Assembly (NCBI GenBank): GCA_973895155.1
Contig: OZ316895.1
Span: forward strand, 3,459,659-3,523,658
Length of the DNA: 64,000 nt
Direction: 5' to 3'
Source: Marsupella aquatica
Taxonomy: Eukaryota; Plantae; Marchantiophyta
This document shows positions 1-11,777 of this stretch, in pieces. The position numbers and the translations under genes were made by a program. The notes beneath the pieces are model-generated. The model was not told where the DNA came from. It was given only the letters and a program-made list of their open reading frames with translations, and ran no database searches. Within the stretch, counting starts at the first letter, position 1. Each line of letters starts with the position of its first letter.

Positions 1-1719
1 AAAGGACCAATAACATGCCAGTTGGGTCTGAGTTTCAGCACTTGCCTACGCAAACGAAGGTCCCCAGTAAGTGCACATCAAAATATAGCACATCAAAATA
101 TGACGATGTATACTGTGTACCACATCACTCCATACCATGTCAATCTTGTGATTTATTTTAAATCAATGAGTGCACACATCTTATTACCACATTTTGATGT
201 GTGATTACTGGCAGGACACAAACAGTGGGTCAGCTCAATCATGCTGACCCACTTACAGGCTTCCCACCATCCATTAGCCACTCTAGTACTTGCACAAGTT
301 TTTTACAAATGTTTTTTTAATATTAACTACAAGCTGAATATTCACGTATTTTGTAGAAAAATGTAGTTTAGTAAAAGATGTCAATGGGCACAAGAGTCAA
401 TACATAAAAAATGTCAATGCATGACAAATCATTGCAGAAAAGGTGTTACACAAAATGATGTTGTTGTGCAATACATGTTGACCGGCAAAACATGTTATGA
501 GGGAATTGATGTCAGTGTGCAGAAGATTTTGTGAATGAAACTATGTTGTTGCATAAAAGGGATCATTCCACAAAGAGGGTATTGCATTAAGCGTTTCATT
601 GTATAAAAAGATGTTGTTGCAAAAAAGTTCTTGATAGATGATAGATTTGAGCTAATGAAAGAGCTTCCCATCTATTTCCCTAAAGGAAGGTAAGCCCCAC
701 TACAAGACATCAACCAGAAACAAATGTAGTCTCCTACAAATTAAAAAAACAAACAAACCAAAAGAGTCCTCCTAGAAAACAATTAAGTGGAAAAGTATTT
801 ACTGTGAAGTGGGGATGGTTTCCAAAGTTAGGATGGACTGAAGTTGAAATACTTGTGAGGCGCGCACTTTTTACAGTTTTGATCAATTTGTGACCTGCTA
901 ATGGGCCCCTTCTTGTTTGTAGCCGGTTTCAATTTGTTACCCAGTAGTACTTAGTGGTTGCTCAATTATGCCCAAACCACTCCGGGTAGCTTTCACAAAT
1001 TAAAGAGTAACAGGCTCCCGTTAACAGCTGGTTTATAATGTTGGATTAGTTTTGCAATTTTTCATATTTTACTTTAATTTGCATTTTTGCATTTGCTTCT
1101 CAGTTTTTCATTTTCATAATAATTTTTGCATTTGTCATAAATGAACCAAGTAATCTCAAAATCTATGAGTTCATATATTGAGAATATGCTTGCAGAATTG
1201 GAGATTAAAGAGAGATCCAAAAGTTATCCCAAATAAATTATACATAAGTCTGTCAAATATCAAAAGCTTATAGTAGTTGGTTCCAAGAGATCCAAGAGAC
1301 CTCTTGGCTAGGAATCGAGTCAGTGATGCATCAAAGCAAAGCATTTTTTTATTAAAATTGTCAGAGAATGTTTTGTCATTTTTGGGTCAGTCTTTTCATT
1401 CTGTTTTCTTGACTCTCTATCCCAAACTGTTTGGAGTAACCACTATTATTCCTTAGATTGATTTATTTCAATTTCAAAAAGAGAAACATCATCTTGCTCA
1501 TATGCATTTTGAAAACAAAGTCGGGTTGGATTGCTACCTTGCTTCCAACTATCCCCATGGACTTTTGACAGGGGACAGATTATATTACGCCTAATCATGA
1601 GACAGCTCCACTACAAATGGATGGTAAATCTCTCATAAATTATTTACCTCCATTGTTGTCACGGTACGTAAGAACATTATGGGCACTTCAAAATTAAATT
1701 GAGAATGGGAAATGATGCT

Positions 1720-2135
1720 CCCATGACCACAACGTTGGTGTTTTGAGACCCCCATGGACCACCTTTCCCAAAATTGAGTTTAATTGTAACTACTTGATTT
1801 TTGGTTTTGAGGATGTGCTAGAGGAGTAGGTGAGCTACACTTCCATAAAAAATGACAGTGAAATTTTGGCCAGTTTGGTTAATTCCTTTTATCATGGAAT
1901 GCCGAGGAGTAAATTCAACTAGATTAATTTTGATTGTGTTAATATGAAAATAATGTTAGGGCTTGTGCTTTTTAAAAAAAATATCTGACTCAGTTCTCCT
2001 TCTTTGGTTGCCTTGCAGGTGAAAACTAAAATTATTTTAAGACTCATAATCATCAAGTTATAAGCTCAAAATTCACATGGACCACCAAAATGTGGTACTT
2101 AAGAGCATTGTGTCCAACACGGTGGTCCATTTGGG
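1720..2135 (+). repeat. Dispersed repeat (unclassified TE relic), second copy at ~25205-25830
   Basis: Shared blocks such as TTTCCCAAAA..TTGAGTTTAATTGTAA, GAGTAGGT(G/A)AGCTACACTTCCAT, GTTGCCTTGCAGGT and CATGGACCACC..GTGGTCCAT. Confidence 0.75.
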
Positions 2136-3510
2136 CTTCAATCACTTTCTTGAGAATATGAATGGAATGGCCTAAAGGTGCACATTTAAAATTTCCTATA
2201 TATAGCTTGCAGTGGCAAACTACTCAAAGTGTTTCTTGTAACAAGAACAATGCTGTAGGAAAAACAGGATTTCCAGCAGCTCCGCAACAAAAACATACTC
2301 TTTGTAACAAGAAAAACTCTCTTTGAAAAATACGATTCAAGAACAATACTCCCCCTAATATGATTAGAAAAACTAGCCCGATTACCCGTTCCTTGAACGT
2401 AAAGAGATATGAAGAAAAAAAATCTTGCACAATAATATTTCTATCCTGTTTCTTTAATCTTCATTTTAACTGTTTTTTAATTGAGATTCATGATCACTTT
2501 TGTCTGTACTGGGGTCGGGACTGGGGTTTACGGTCTAGAGACTTCACTCTAGACCCTAGGCTCTTAAGAGTAGACTTGGTTCCCGCTTTTATAGTAAGAT
2601 GTACTTTAACCTACATTGACCTAAATTGATGTGATATTCCATGATTCTTTCCTCCAAGCAACTTTGAAAGTGTATGATTGTGGTCCTCCAAGGGGCCTAC
2701 GTACAAATGCACTGTAGGCCAGATTTGACCATGACCATTGGATTTATATGGGAATCTTTCCTACTGGGATGAACTTCTCACACGAGGGAATTAATTAAGG
2801 GGTGACCGCCCTAGGGAAGGACATGTGTGCAGCCATTGAACTCCAACCCAATCTCAAGGCACAAGAGATAGAGAAAGTGTGGAGTTGCCAAGCTACGGTT
2901 GCAGGCCCTGGCCCCTCTGCACAATTAGTCTGGGATCCATTTGCGATCCATGCAAATGGATCAAGTCCATTTTTAATCTAAATTTGAAATAACAGTTGAT
3001 ATAAATATTTGTTAATCAAATAACAACCCCGGCTATATGGGCTGCCCAGTTATGAAGGCCCTTTTAAAATGTGACCGTCACAGATCAATAGGCCAATGGT
3101 CCATTAGTCCCATAATTGGTGCACATGGCACACAGGCATGAAGAGAGTCGGGTAACATTTATTCTGGGCAATTGAATGGGGGGAGGGTGAGGGGTGTAAT
3201 TATTAAATTTTGGGTTTAGCGGCCGGGGCCACCTAAATTGAAGCTTTTGCCCCTTGGACTTTTAAGGGGCACAAGATGTGGCAAGTCAGAGCCATCCATT
3301 TCTAAGGTGACAACCCTACTAGATTGGACGATGTCAAATCTAACATGACATTGAAGGGCCCAACGGCCGAGGCAAGGGGAGGCAGGGGGAGGAGGGCTTG
3401 ACCAAGTTGCCAAATTTTGTTGGCATTGTCCAGTCGTATTTTCCCACTCAGATTCTGTTAATTGTGGTGCGAGTGAAAACAAGTCAAATCAAAGATTTCT
3501 GATAAAACGA

Positions 3511-3690
3511 CCCGTGTGTTGCACAAAAGATGTCGTGACGCCCAAGATGTCGTTAAGAGAGAAGATGTCATGATGCCCAAGATGTCGTTAAGAGAAATTA
3601 AAGGTGTTGTGTCACCCAAGATGTCGTTAAGAGAAAAGATGTTGTTAAGAGAAAAGATGTCATGTCGCGATGTCGGTGAGACAAAAGATT
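3511..3690 (+). repeat. Minisatellite tract of the same family, preceded by CCCGTGTGTTGCACAAAAG
   Basis: CCCAAGATGTCGTTAAGAGA repeated. The adjacent 3760-3910 is also similar to 6610-6745. Confidence 0.75.
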
Positions 3691-6600
3691 TTTGTTGGCT
3701 GTTTATTGAATGGTAACTATGTATATTTCCACTACTTCACAACCAATACTGTTTAATTTAATTGTATCACGAGGACGTGGAGGGACGCTATTTAGACTTC
3801 ATCACCCTAGAAAGGAGTAAATTTGTTTCCGCTTCCGGGAATGCATTTTTTGATCAAGTCTGCCGACTATGTCACCATTCATTGCTTTTGATCAAGTCTC
3901 ATGGACACTCTCTACTTTCCTCTTGGTCTCTAGTGGAATGCTGTCACCATAGACTCCTTCTCTCAAGAATCCACTTGGTGGGTCCTTTCACAAAAAAAAA
4001 CACACCAAAACGGCTACGGGAAGAATACAACTATGAAAGAAACGAAATCATAAGACGCAACGAATTTTAGAGAGTCAAGTTGAATCCATATCTCTCGGTG
4101 AACAAGTAATATATTGCATTAGTAACCCGGCCTCCTGTCATCTACTCAACTCTTGCCTCACTAGGACAATGAGTACTTCTCACCTCACTACTCCAGATGA
4201 CTTCCCTCTCCACGATACGAGCTAACACTCCATCAAAACTAGACTGAGTTCCCCCTGCTTCTACCAAGGGCTGCTGGTTAAATACAAACAAAAAAACAAT
4301 GCGTGAACACACAAGCCCTAGGGGCTGTGGCAACGGCCACTGCCCTGGCTGGTCGCGCCATCCACTGGCGGCCCCTCTAAGTAACCTAAAAGTTTCCTAC
4401 ACATGCGGTACACACATGCACTCCTAACCCTATTGCTACCTATAGATGGCCAACGGTGCCTTCGTCGACCACCACCTCAACTAAGCAAAAACTAGACTAA
4501 GTCCTATATAGGCCATGGTCTACCTTGCTACTACGTGGCTGCCTCCGCCCCCCACTACCCTACCATGAGAATTGTCAAAAGAAGAAGTTTCTCGAAATCA
4601 AGTCCTGAGAAATTCTATGGATAGCCATTGCCATCCTCATTGTAACCCTGAAAATGGCTCCCAAAATGGACATCAAACGCCCGAGATATGGCTTACCAAG
4701 TCTCAAATCCTCCCTCGGCCACCATCCCCTCTAGGTTGTCGGTACGGCCCTGGCCTCCCATCCTGGCCAAGGCCGCATGCCGAGATTTTGCCGAGGCCAC
4801 TCACCTGAGTGATGTACGGACGTTTGTATGGCGTCGGACCCCAACTTTGACAAAACGCTCTGGTCCGTATCTTCCTCGTTTAAACTCTGTTTGGGGCGTG
4901 TCTTACCTTGTTGGATTCAGCTTGGCAAGCTCCTTCCAATAACCCTATAAGTTCTTGATTCTGAGAAGATTGAAAATTCGAATTTTGTGTGACCAAGGTC
5001 CGTATGGCTCACGTACTAACCTTCATGTGATTGCTCGTTTGTAGTAAGATCCTCATCTACGGATTGGCCACTGGAACCCTCACTGTCCTCCTGGCCAGGG
5101 TCTTCTTGGGCTTGCCCTCCGGTGGCTAGGGCTCTTTTGGGTCCTCCCCCAGGTGCAAGGGTACTCCTGGTCGGGGTCCCAAATGGCCAAGGTTCTTTTA
5201 AATTTATTAGTTTTTTAGTACTTTTGTGTCTGGCCCACTCCAAAGCTCCTTTTCCCTATCTCTTCCTGGCCAGGGTCAAAGTGGTGTTTGGCCACTCACA
5301 CATTTAGACCTGGCCCATCATTATCTTAATACTAGGGCCGCTTACAAATGGATACAAATCAAAAATTAAGCAAGTCCCCAAAGAGCGGCACTAGGCTACA
5401 TACCTTGTCTTGCACCGGCCAGCGGCCGATCTTCTTTCCTTGAGGCTTGACCAATAACTGAACTCAAGAGGACATAAAAAAGACAGCAACAACTCCCCAT
5501 ATCTATTTTGCATAAACTACCTCCGACGGGGTTGTAAGAGAACAAAAGCAAAAAAAACATGACACAAATCTAGCTATTTACATTTGTGCGTCACTAATAC
5601 CCTTAAAATCATTCTCTGGGGGCATTGGCCCCATCACAATGTCACTACGCCCAAGATGTCATTAAGAGAAAAGATGTTAAGTATAAAGTTGTTGTTAAGT
5701 ACAAAATGGTCCATAAGTAAAGTGATGTTTGTTAGTCATATATGTTGTCAAATCTCCATTGCACAAAAGATATTGTTACTTGAATACGTCATTGCATTTA
5801 CAATATAATTGTTAAATAAAAGATATTGTTAAGTACGGTATGTGGTTGCTCAAAAGATGTTGTTGCGCAAAAGATGTAGTTTACTAAAAGATATCGTTCG
5901 GCAAAAGACGTGAATGCGTAATAGATGACGTTGTGCTTAAGATGTAGTTGAAAACTATCATGGTGCAAAATATATCTTTGTTAGAAAGATCTCATTGCAT
6001 AAAAAAATTGTCGAGTGAAAGATGTCATGACACAAAGAGAGGCAACAACCACCACCAAAGTACAACAAAATGAGAATTATTTTTCTAATTGTTTTTGTAA
6101 TTTATATCTTTTAAAACCTTCCTTCTTTTTCACTATTTTTCTTGTCTTTGTCTCATTGATTAGATTGTGCACTATTTTCTTGATTATGTAAAATATTTGT
6201 CATTAAACTCCTCTCATGATAAGATATGGCAATGGGCATAGTATAGCATGGATGGTAGAGGGAGGAGCATGGATGATAAAGGGGAAGACTTTGTACTTTT
6301 CCTGCATGGAAAAGTGTGTTCACACAATACGTACATAGTTATTTTCTCTTATTCCTTTCTCTTTTTACAGTTCCATTTCCTTTCACTCCAAAGCCTCTCC
6401 AAATTTGAATGACGACCACTTCAAAAAGTGGCGCAATTGTGTATTATAGGAGTTAATTGAGGTCTAGTTTTTTCCAGAGGACCGCATTCCTGGCAAATGT
6501 TGGCAACGACTGCCACCAAGTAGAGTGGTATACAAACTATCACCTGCTTATCAAACAATTACACAACAAATACGTATTTCCTTCTACTAAAATTATTTGT

Positions 6601-6764
6601 TATCATATGATGGGAACATGGAGGGATGCTATTTGATCATATTGCATGTAGGATGAGTATGTTTATTTTTGCTCCCGGAAATGTAATTTTTGATCAAGTC
6701 TACCGACTAGCCCCGTTATTTTTGATCAACTCCCATGGACTACTCCACACGGGCCACCCTTGCT

Positions 6765-7535
6765 GGCCGCTGGTGGAGTGCTGTTACCACCCCTTAGTGG
6801 TGGACCTTGCCACCCAGCGCCCTCACCAATCCCAGCACCCACGTCTAAGTGCCCCTGGTGCCCGAACGCCTCCACGAAATACCTCAAGCAAGTAACCTAG
6901 TGCCCTTTGCACCACCAGCGGCCCCTCCCATATGAAGCTGCACTCGCTCTCCAACACGACCGCTACTCAACAGTCCTCACTGTCTGCACAAGCAACCAAG
7001 CGCCTTGGTAAGGAACCCTTTAGGATCTAGAATTCACCAAGTCTAGCATCCCAACTCAAGCTCAACAGACATTGGTAAGTAGGTCAGCGATAGGTTCTCC
7101 CGATGCCATAAGCCGGAACCAGAACCCATGCCCACTGTTCATCCAGAATAGCTCCTTCTTACGGCATCCCCAGACCCAGCTGAGCTCAGGAGGATGTAGT
7201 CCTCCTTGAGAGCTTTCCAACGCACCCAAGAAGTCCTCCAACGGATTTCCCATTGGGAAGTTATCGTCGTTTCCGTTTGGCGTTTTCCCTTAGTGTCACG
7301 ATCGCCGTGGCTCACGACTTCGGCTCGCCCTTAGCTCCCAAGGAGACACCACTCCCCTCATATATACTTCTAGAGACCTGGCACCCCCGGACCAACTTTG
7401 GTCCTCAACTTTTTGGGCCACAACCCGGATCCTATCCCGCATGTTTGGGCGCGCAACCAACTGGCAACGCCCATAACTTTCTCATTAGGCATCCGCAAGC
7501 AGAGTGCCTTAGCCCATTGTGATTGGGCCGACCCA
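6765..7535 (+). repeat. GC-rich dispersed repeat, copy A left part (interrupted by the transposon)
   Basis: Collinear with ~18010-19093, for example GTGGTGGACCTTGCCACCCAGCGC and GCAAGCAGAGTGCCTTAGCCC. Lacks a ~340-bp segment present in copy B. Confidence 0.85.
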
Positions 7536-7567
7536 AACAAGAAGCCTTAAGGGATGAGTCCAAAGCC
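7536..7567 (+). repeat. Left terminal inverted repeat (32 bp)
   Basis: Inverted match to 15705-15736; immediately preceded by TSD CCCA. Confidence 0.9.
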
Positions 7568-7856
7568 TTATTTCTCTTTTCAAAATCTTCATGATATTAG
7601 AAAGTGTATACCAAAAAACCACCAAAAAATGGTATGTATTTTCCAAACTAGACTCAAGAGAATTTTACCACCAAAATCTAAGCATATCTTATATGATATT
7701 CTCACAATTGTATAAACCTTGAAATATGCACTTTATAAAAGTAATCAAAATCAAACTCATCGATCAGAGTTTAAGTCAAACTCAAAGTTTTACAAAATAT
7801 AACCCAACTTAAGCCCAAGTGGTTTCAAATGCTACGAGTCCCTCTATTTATCTAGT

Positions 7857-10800
7857 CTAATCCAAAGGGACCGCTTCCCCTTCCTCGGTTCCGGAAGTCC
7901 CTGTCGTCAATTCTGGAACAATTGTGGCATCGTCAACCACGCTATCCTCTCCGGCCTGAGGAATGTCTTCCTCACTCTCCTCATCCATCTCCCCCTGTCC
8001 GTCTTCCTCTTCAATGTTATCTGCAAGGTTAAGAATCCTCCCTTTCAACACACTGCTCTGTCGCTCGTCAATCTCAATGGCAACGCAATGTCTCCCCATG
8101 GCCAAGGAGGAGGTTGTCCCAGTCCCTGATCCTGAACAAATATCCAAAACCCAGTCTCCAACCTGACTAAAATGACTCACTTCCCAATCTAACAATGCAC
8201 GTGGTTTCTGATAAACATTCACTGCCTTGTTATCCCCGTTGTGTTTCAGCTTCTTAGTCACAGCTGCGCATACAACCACATTGTTCCTTGATTCATTTGT
8301 GTCAAAATTGAAATGCTCCAATGACCGTTTACCATCCTGGCTGTGAAAGCCAATTGTAAAGCACTCAAAGTTGCTGTTCAATCTTGGTCCACCAGCATTC
8401 TTCACATTATCCTTAACCCTGAAAAGTCACAAAAAGTCAAGGAGTTATTTAAACTGAGAAACATGGTTCATGAAATCATGAATAACTAATAGTTGTTTTT
8501 TTCAAAAACAAATATTTCTTACCACACACAATTCTGGAACCCTCCATTACACTCCGCTTTCAAAACGGTCTTGATGGCCTCATATTGGTCAAGGCTGTGG
8601 TGAATGATAATACGCCACAACTTTGCAGTAGTAGCCACCTTGAACGATTGGACCATTTTTGTGATCTCCTCAGTTCCCCATCCAATAGTGTCTTCATGAA
8701 GACATCCAGGCAATGCAAACCCGTAGGGAATATCCACTAAAGCTAATGTGTAAGCCCGACCCGGAACCACCTCATGTAATCGCTGAGCATCATGAGTAAA
8801 AATATCATAGTGCACATCACCAAACTCTGGATGCTCAAACGAATTTGGATGAAGTTCCCCCTCTTGGGTTTGCCGACTAGAAGTCTTCATGGATAGCCAA
8901 TTTTGGGCTTGCACAATATGCGCATTGAATTTGTCCGGGAATGACTTGAGATCTTTGCCTTCCTCATCTCCCTTCTTTTTCCGGGAGGTGGTATCTTTCT
9001 ACAAAAAGGAACTGTAGAATTAGAAACAAGGATTCCAAATATTAAATGAATTCAAACAATCATTCGAAGAAAGGTGACAGAATCTTACCCATGTCTGGAA
9101 AACAGGTACAAAATTCTTAAGCACATTGTCTGTGCAATGCTCAGGGTACTTGGTTTTACAACCTGACCAACTCTCCTCGTGTAGACACGTGAGGAAGGCC
9201 TTCTGCACCTGCATCTGAAATTTGTGTCGAGTAAATTCGTGACCCATTTCCTGTAAAGAGAGTTCTTTAGTAAGAACTCTCTGTAACACTGGGCAAATCA
9301 TATCAGGATCTTTCAAGGCCTGCATGTGTCTCCACTCTGTTAATTTCATGTCCTCATAAGGCAATTTGGCATCTCCAGACTTAGAGACTTTCTTCTTGCC
9401 TTTGTCTCCTTTTTGACCTTTGATCTCACACATCTCCCACTTGTCACAAATCTGCCTCACAAATGACCACACAGGATCTTGTCGGAATGCCAACTGAAAT
9501 AGGTTATCATTGGCATTAAGAACCTCAGCATCCTTTCGTACACCCCAATCCTTGAGATTGATTTCAGTAGCACACTCTTTCTTGAAATCCTGGTTGGACG
9601 ACAATCCATTCTCAACAAATCTCATGTGAATATAATTTACTCTCTGGATTGTCGTCATCTGTTGTCGAAATTCAGAATCAATATTGTGACTCCACGCAAG
9701 GTTTCTTGCCTCTTGCACACTCAATCCCGCAAATATCCAAGATTGCACTCTCCGAAATGCCTTGTTGTTAGGGAACTGAAGAGCAAGGTCTGCTTTGGCA
9801 CAGGCTGAATGGTTGCCCCCAATCACATAATAATGGTAATCAGCTTTCCTTGAAAAATCAAAGTCTTGCCTAGTAGCACACTCCTTCGGATCCACCAAGA
9901 GGACAAACGGAGCTGCAAGTGGACTGGCACCTACAGTCTTCATCCGCAAGGTCAATTGGGTCAAGAAATATGGTTGGATGTGTCGGACCTGGTAAATGGG
10001 CAAGCCCACAGCCTTCTCTCTCACTGGAGGGTAAAGTTGACCAATGTCAACGGTCACGGTCTCCTCTTGAACACCACATCTTCCCAGAATCTCCTCCTGG
10101 TACAATACCCGTGCATCCATTGACATTGATTGAGCCTTTTGCTCCAAATGCGTTGGAATTTTCTCCAAAGTCTTCTTTTTTGACTTTGTAGCACTGGGCT
10201 CGGTAGGCTCAGGAGTCATAGCAGGTCGCTTCTTTGAAGAAATGCGAGTTCCAGTCGTACCTTGTGCCGACCCACCAGTCAAAGCCGTTCCCTGGGATGA
10301 TCTACCAACTTGAGATCCCCCTCCAGATGCTGCTGCTTCCCGGGAGGTTGTAGGCGCTACCACGGTCAAAATATCATCGGGTAAAATGCTAGGCCTCGAT
10401 CCAGAAGGAACACCGGAAGCCCCAGATTTGGGTGGACGACTTACTCCCTTCTCTGCCGACCTTTTCCGGAGAATCTCTCTTGATTTTCGGATTGCACTCT
10501 TTAAAGTGCTAGCGTGAAATTCAAACACAAAACCGGAAATCTTTCCCGCGACGTCGTGGTAACGTTCCTCACTCGAAAGAGACTTGACAGTCTCAATGAT
10601 GCTATCGATGTCCTCATCGAGATAGCAGGTGGCAGCCGTTCCAGAAAACCTCTCCACATCCACGACAATCAAAGTTGATGTTTCCTTCGTTGTGATCAAC
10701 ATGTTCACAACTTCGTCGCCCCGTCGAAATACATCGATGCGGCCGTAATTTACCCACCCTAATGCCCCCGATGGAAGCCCCTCAAATACACACAGCATTA

Positions 10801-10918
10801 GGAAGGGCTTCTTCCATGTTTCCGTCCCTAAGGAAATCGTCCAGGATGAGTTGTGGAAGTCCGTCAAAGGATGGCGCGAAAAGATGTCATCCACCAGCTC
10901 TTCCTGCGACATTGTCAT
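7857..10918 (-). CDS. ParB/Srx-like domain plus beta-class N6-adenine/N4-cytosine DNA methyltransferase fusion, ~955 aa, 3 exons (10918-9089, 8998-8523, 8418-7857)
   Basis: Three ORFs join in frame through GT-AG introns 9088-8999 (phase 0) and 8522-8419 (phase 2). MTase motifs are in beta order: motif IV LALVDIPYG, then W-x-K and E (CVWVKD...NFE), then YQKPRALL, then motif I GDWVLDICSGSGTG, GRHCVAIEID. ParB-like segment: VTVDIGQL..YQVR..FLTQL..G..PFVLLVD..YYVIGGNHS..EARNLAWSHN. Confidence 0.88.
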
Positions 10919-11075
10919 GTTTTTGCCTGATCTTCAAACCTGAGAACATACCACAAAATCAGTCCACTTCAACCCCAACCTGCGAGACAAAGTGCCACAG
11001 AACCAAGGAATGTGCCAACAAATGGCTACTAAAACCGTGTCCTTACGGATCTAACAACGCTCTCGGCCACCCCAG

Positions 11076-11228
11076 GACTCCTATCATGAATTCATGAAGG
11101 GAGTCTCCCTCTCGCTCCGACCTTCATGAATTCATGAAGGGAGTCTCCCTCTCGCTCCGACCTTCATGAATTCATGAAGGGAGTCTCCCTCTCACTCCGA
11201 CCTTCATGAATTCATGAAGGGAGTCTCC
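11076..11228. repeat. 40-bp tandem array (~3.6 copies) containing the perfect 20-bp palindrome CCTTCATGAATTCATGAAGG
   Basis: Palindromes at 11121-11140, 11161-11180 and 11201-11220, plus a variant at 11081-11100. Linkers GAGTCTCCCTCTC(G/A)CTCCGA are near-identical. Confidence 0.97.
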
Positions 11229-11672
11229 TCTCTCTTTGCTTGTACACCTCGGTGATGCAGAAGGGTATTTAAAATAGGGTTCGGAGGGGGGTGACGTGAA
11301 GAAATCACCCAGGGCCTAAATTACTACCTAAAACAGGGTCGAAATGAAGTGCGACCGCGACAACTCGCGACACGTCGCCGATGAGTGCTGAAAATGGCAC
11401 GAAATTGGATAGCGAGATTGTTTTTCACTCTTTTACAAAGGAAATCCAAATGACATTGAGTGAAAATGAATGGGCTGCCCTGTGTTCCTTGGTTATACAT
11501 ACTAATCACGGATCAGGCGCGACTTAGTAAAATTAATCCAGAATCATGATAAATCAATGTTTTTGGGCCAATTATTCATGAATATTTCGGGGTATTAACG
11601 GGAAAAAGCTTGCAAATTTCATGAATATTTGATATTTTTGAAGTTAAAAAGTCCCAACAATCCGTGAAAAAC

Positions 11673-11680
11673 TATAAATA
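11673..11680 (+). promoter_or_regulatory. Candidate TATA box of the transposase gene
   Basis: TATAAATA about 100 bp upstream of ATG 11778. Confidence 0.45.
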
Positions 11681-11777
11681 GGCTCGTTTATTCATGACTC
11701 TTGGTCATTATTTTGAGAACATTTGTTAGATTTTACTGATTTTTTGAGTTTCCTGTCAATTTGCACTAGTTTTTCCA

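Noticed and set aside
7857-10918. Bacterial contamination or prophage as source of the MTase
   Set aside because: The gene has spliceosomal introns, lies inside TIRs with a TSD in a host repeat, and is collinear with plant genes.
11084-11228. CRISPR-like look of palindromic repeats with regular spacing
   Set aside because: The spacers are identical to each other (a plain 40-bp tandem), there are no cas genes, and the context is eukaryotic.
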